Source of the DNA: an uncultured Candidatus Rokubacteria bacterium
GTDB taxonomy: Bacteria > Methylomirabilota > Methylomirabilia > Rokubacteriales > CSP1-6
Direction: 5' to 3'
Assembly: GCA_963754315.1 (NCBI GenBank)
Contig: CAVWFS010000013.1
Coordinates: 96,001-160,000, forward strand
Length of the DNA: 64,000 bases
Positions 62,625 to 64,000 of this stretch are shown in pieces. The notes under the pieces were generated by a model that saw only the letters and a program-made list of their open reading frames with translations, was not told the origin of the DNA and ran no database searches. Made by a program: the position numbers and the translations under genes. Within the stretch, counting starts at the first letter, position 1. Each line of letters opens with the position of its first letter.

Positions 62625-64000
62625 ATGACCGTCAAGCGACCGACTCCCGCCCAGTTGCACGCCGTGGCCAGGGACCTTGGCATGACGCTCACCGACGAGG
62701 ACGTGGCGTCCTTCCTCACCCTGATGCAGGGCAGCTTCGGCGCCTACGACGCCGTGGATGCCATGCCCGACTACCTCCCGCCCGTCACCTACCCACGCAC
62801 GCCGGGCTACCAGCCAGAGGGCGACGAGAACCCGCACAACGCCTGGTACGTGAAGACCACGGTGAAAGGCGCGCCCACCGGCAAGCTCGCGGGCAAGACC
62901 ATCGCCCTGAAGGACAACATCTGTCTGGCCGGGGTTCCGATGATGAACGGCGCCTCCACGTTGCGCGGCTACGTGCCCGACGTCGATGCCACGATCGTCA
63001 CCCGGATCCTCGACGCCGGCGGCACCATCGTGGGCAAGGTGCATTGCGAGTATTTCTGCTTCTCGGGCGGCAGCCACACCGGCGCTGCCGGCCCCGTGCA
63101 CAACCCTCTCCGGAGAGGCTTCTCGGCCGGCGGCTCCTCGTCCGGCTCGGCCGTGGTGGTGGCCGCGGGCGAGGTCGACATGGCCCTCGGCGGTGATCAG
63201 GGCGGCTCGATCCGCATTCCCGCCTCGTTCTGCGGAATCTACGGCATGAAGCCGACTCACGGGCTGGTGCCCTACACCGGCATCATGCCGATCGAGCTGA
63301 CGCTCGATCACACCGGCCCCATGACACGCACCGTCGCCGACAACGCGCTCCTGCTCGAAGTGATCGCCGGTCCGGATGGGCTCGACCCCCGGCAGTACTC
63401 ACCCCGCACCGCCGACTACTCGCGAGCCCTGGGAGGAGGCGCCCAGGGACTCAAGATCGGCGTGGTCAAGGAAGGCTTCGGTCATCCGCACTCGGAGCGC
63501 GAGGTCGACACGACGGTTCGCAAGGGCGCGGAGCTGTTCGGGAGGCTCGGCGCCACCGTGGAGGAGGTCTCGATCCGCCTGCACCGCGCCGGCCCCGCCA
63601 TCTGGACGCCCATCGCGCTCGAGGGCGCGACCGAGCTGATGATGAAGGGCAACGGCATGGGCACCAACTGGCGCGGTCTGTTCGTGACCAGCCTGCTCGA
63701 TGCCCATGCCGGGTGGCGGCACCGGGCCGACGAGCTGTCCGATACCCTCAAGATCTCGATGCTGCTCGGCCACTACTTCACCAAGCACTACCGCGGACAC
63801 TTCTACGCGAAGGCTCAGAATCTGAGCCGCAAGCTGCGCGCCGCCTATGACACCGAGCTCGCCAAGTACGATCTGCTGCTCATGCCAACCTTGCCCATCA
63901 AGGCCAGCCCCTTGCCTCCCGCCGATGCGCCCCGCGCGCTTTACATCCAGCGCGCCTTCGAGATGATCGAGAACACGGCCCCCTTCGATGCCACCGGTCA
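62625..64000 (+). CDS. Amidase signature enzyme, CX3C subtype (runs off the window; absent from the ORF track)
   Basis: MTVKRPT..., ALKDNI, KVHCEYFCFSGGS, GGSSSGS, GGDQGGSIRIP. Confidence 0.92.
   Translation, partial: MTVKRPTPAQLHAVARDLGMTLTDEDVASFLTLMQGSFGAYDAVDAMPDYLPPVTYPRTPGYQPEGDENPHNAWYVKTTVKGAPTGKLAGKTIALKDNICLAGVPMMNGASTLRGYVPDVDATIVTRILDAGGTIVGKVHCEYFCFSGGSHTGAAGPVHNPLRRGFSAGGSSSGSAVVVAAGEVDMALGGDQGGSIRIPASFCGIYGMKPTHGLVPYTGIMPIELTLDHTGPMTRTVADNALLLEVIAGPDGLDPRQYSPRTADYSRALGGGAQGLKIGVVKEGFGHPHSEREVDTTVRKGAELFGRLGATVEEVSIRLHRAGPAIWTPIALEGATELMMKGNGMGTNWRGLFVTSLLDAHAGWRHRADELSDTLKISMLLGHYFTKHYRGHFYAKAQNLSRKLRAAYDTELAKYDLLLMPTLPIKASPLPPADAPRALYIQRAFEMIENTAPFDATG

Overview
A high-GC bacterial window with about 60 genes. 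The gene repertoire (zinc-ribbon cyclase/ATPase/TPR protein, many LLM, amidohydrolase, CoA-transferase and ABC genes) resembles Ca. Rokubacteria/Methylomirabilota; this is inference, not a database result. Most genes are catabolic or transport genes. There are also five type II toxin-antitoxin modules, a Ser/Thr kinase and a DUF1800/DUF1501 pair. Roughly half of the genes carry single-base frameshifts, most likely uncorrected long-read indels, so I reconstructed those genes across frames. I found no rRNA, tRNA, CRISPR array, integrase or transposase. The best hidden signals are: (1) an ORF missed by the track at 14659-14883, an Rdx/SelW-type protein with a CxxU motif and a SECIS-like hairpin; (2) a secreted fibre gene with a Peptidase_S74 chaperone domain, bracketed by two related hairpins and lodged inside a decayed duplicate of its neighbour gene; (3) a synonymous-diverged relic of the kinase 3' end at 4355-4404; (4) an M20 hydrolase with a remodelled active site; (5) two sigma-54-type promoters, one followed by a structured leader holding an orphan extended Shine-Dalgarno; (6) a LeuCD-like hydratase plus ICL-family lyase catabolic cluster.
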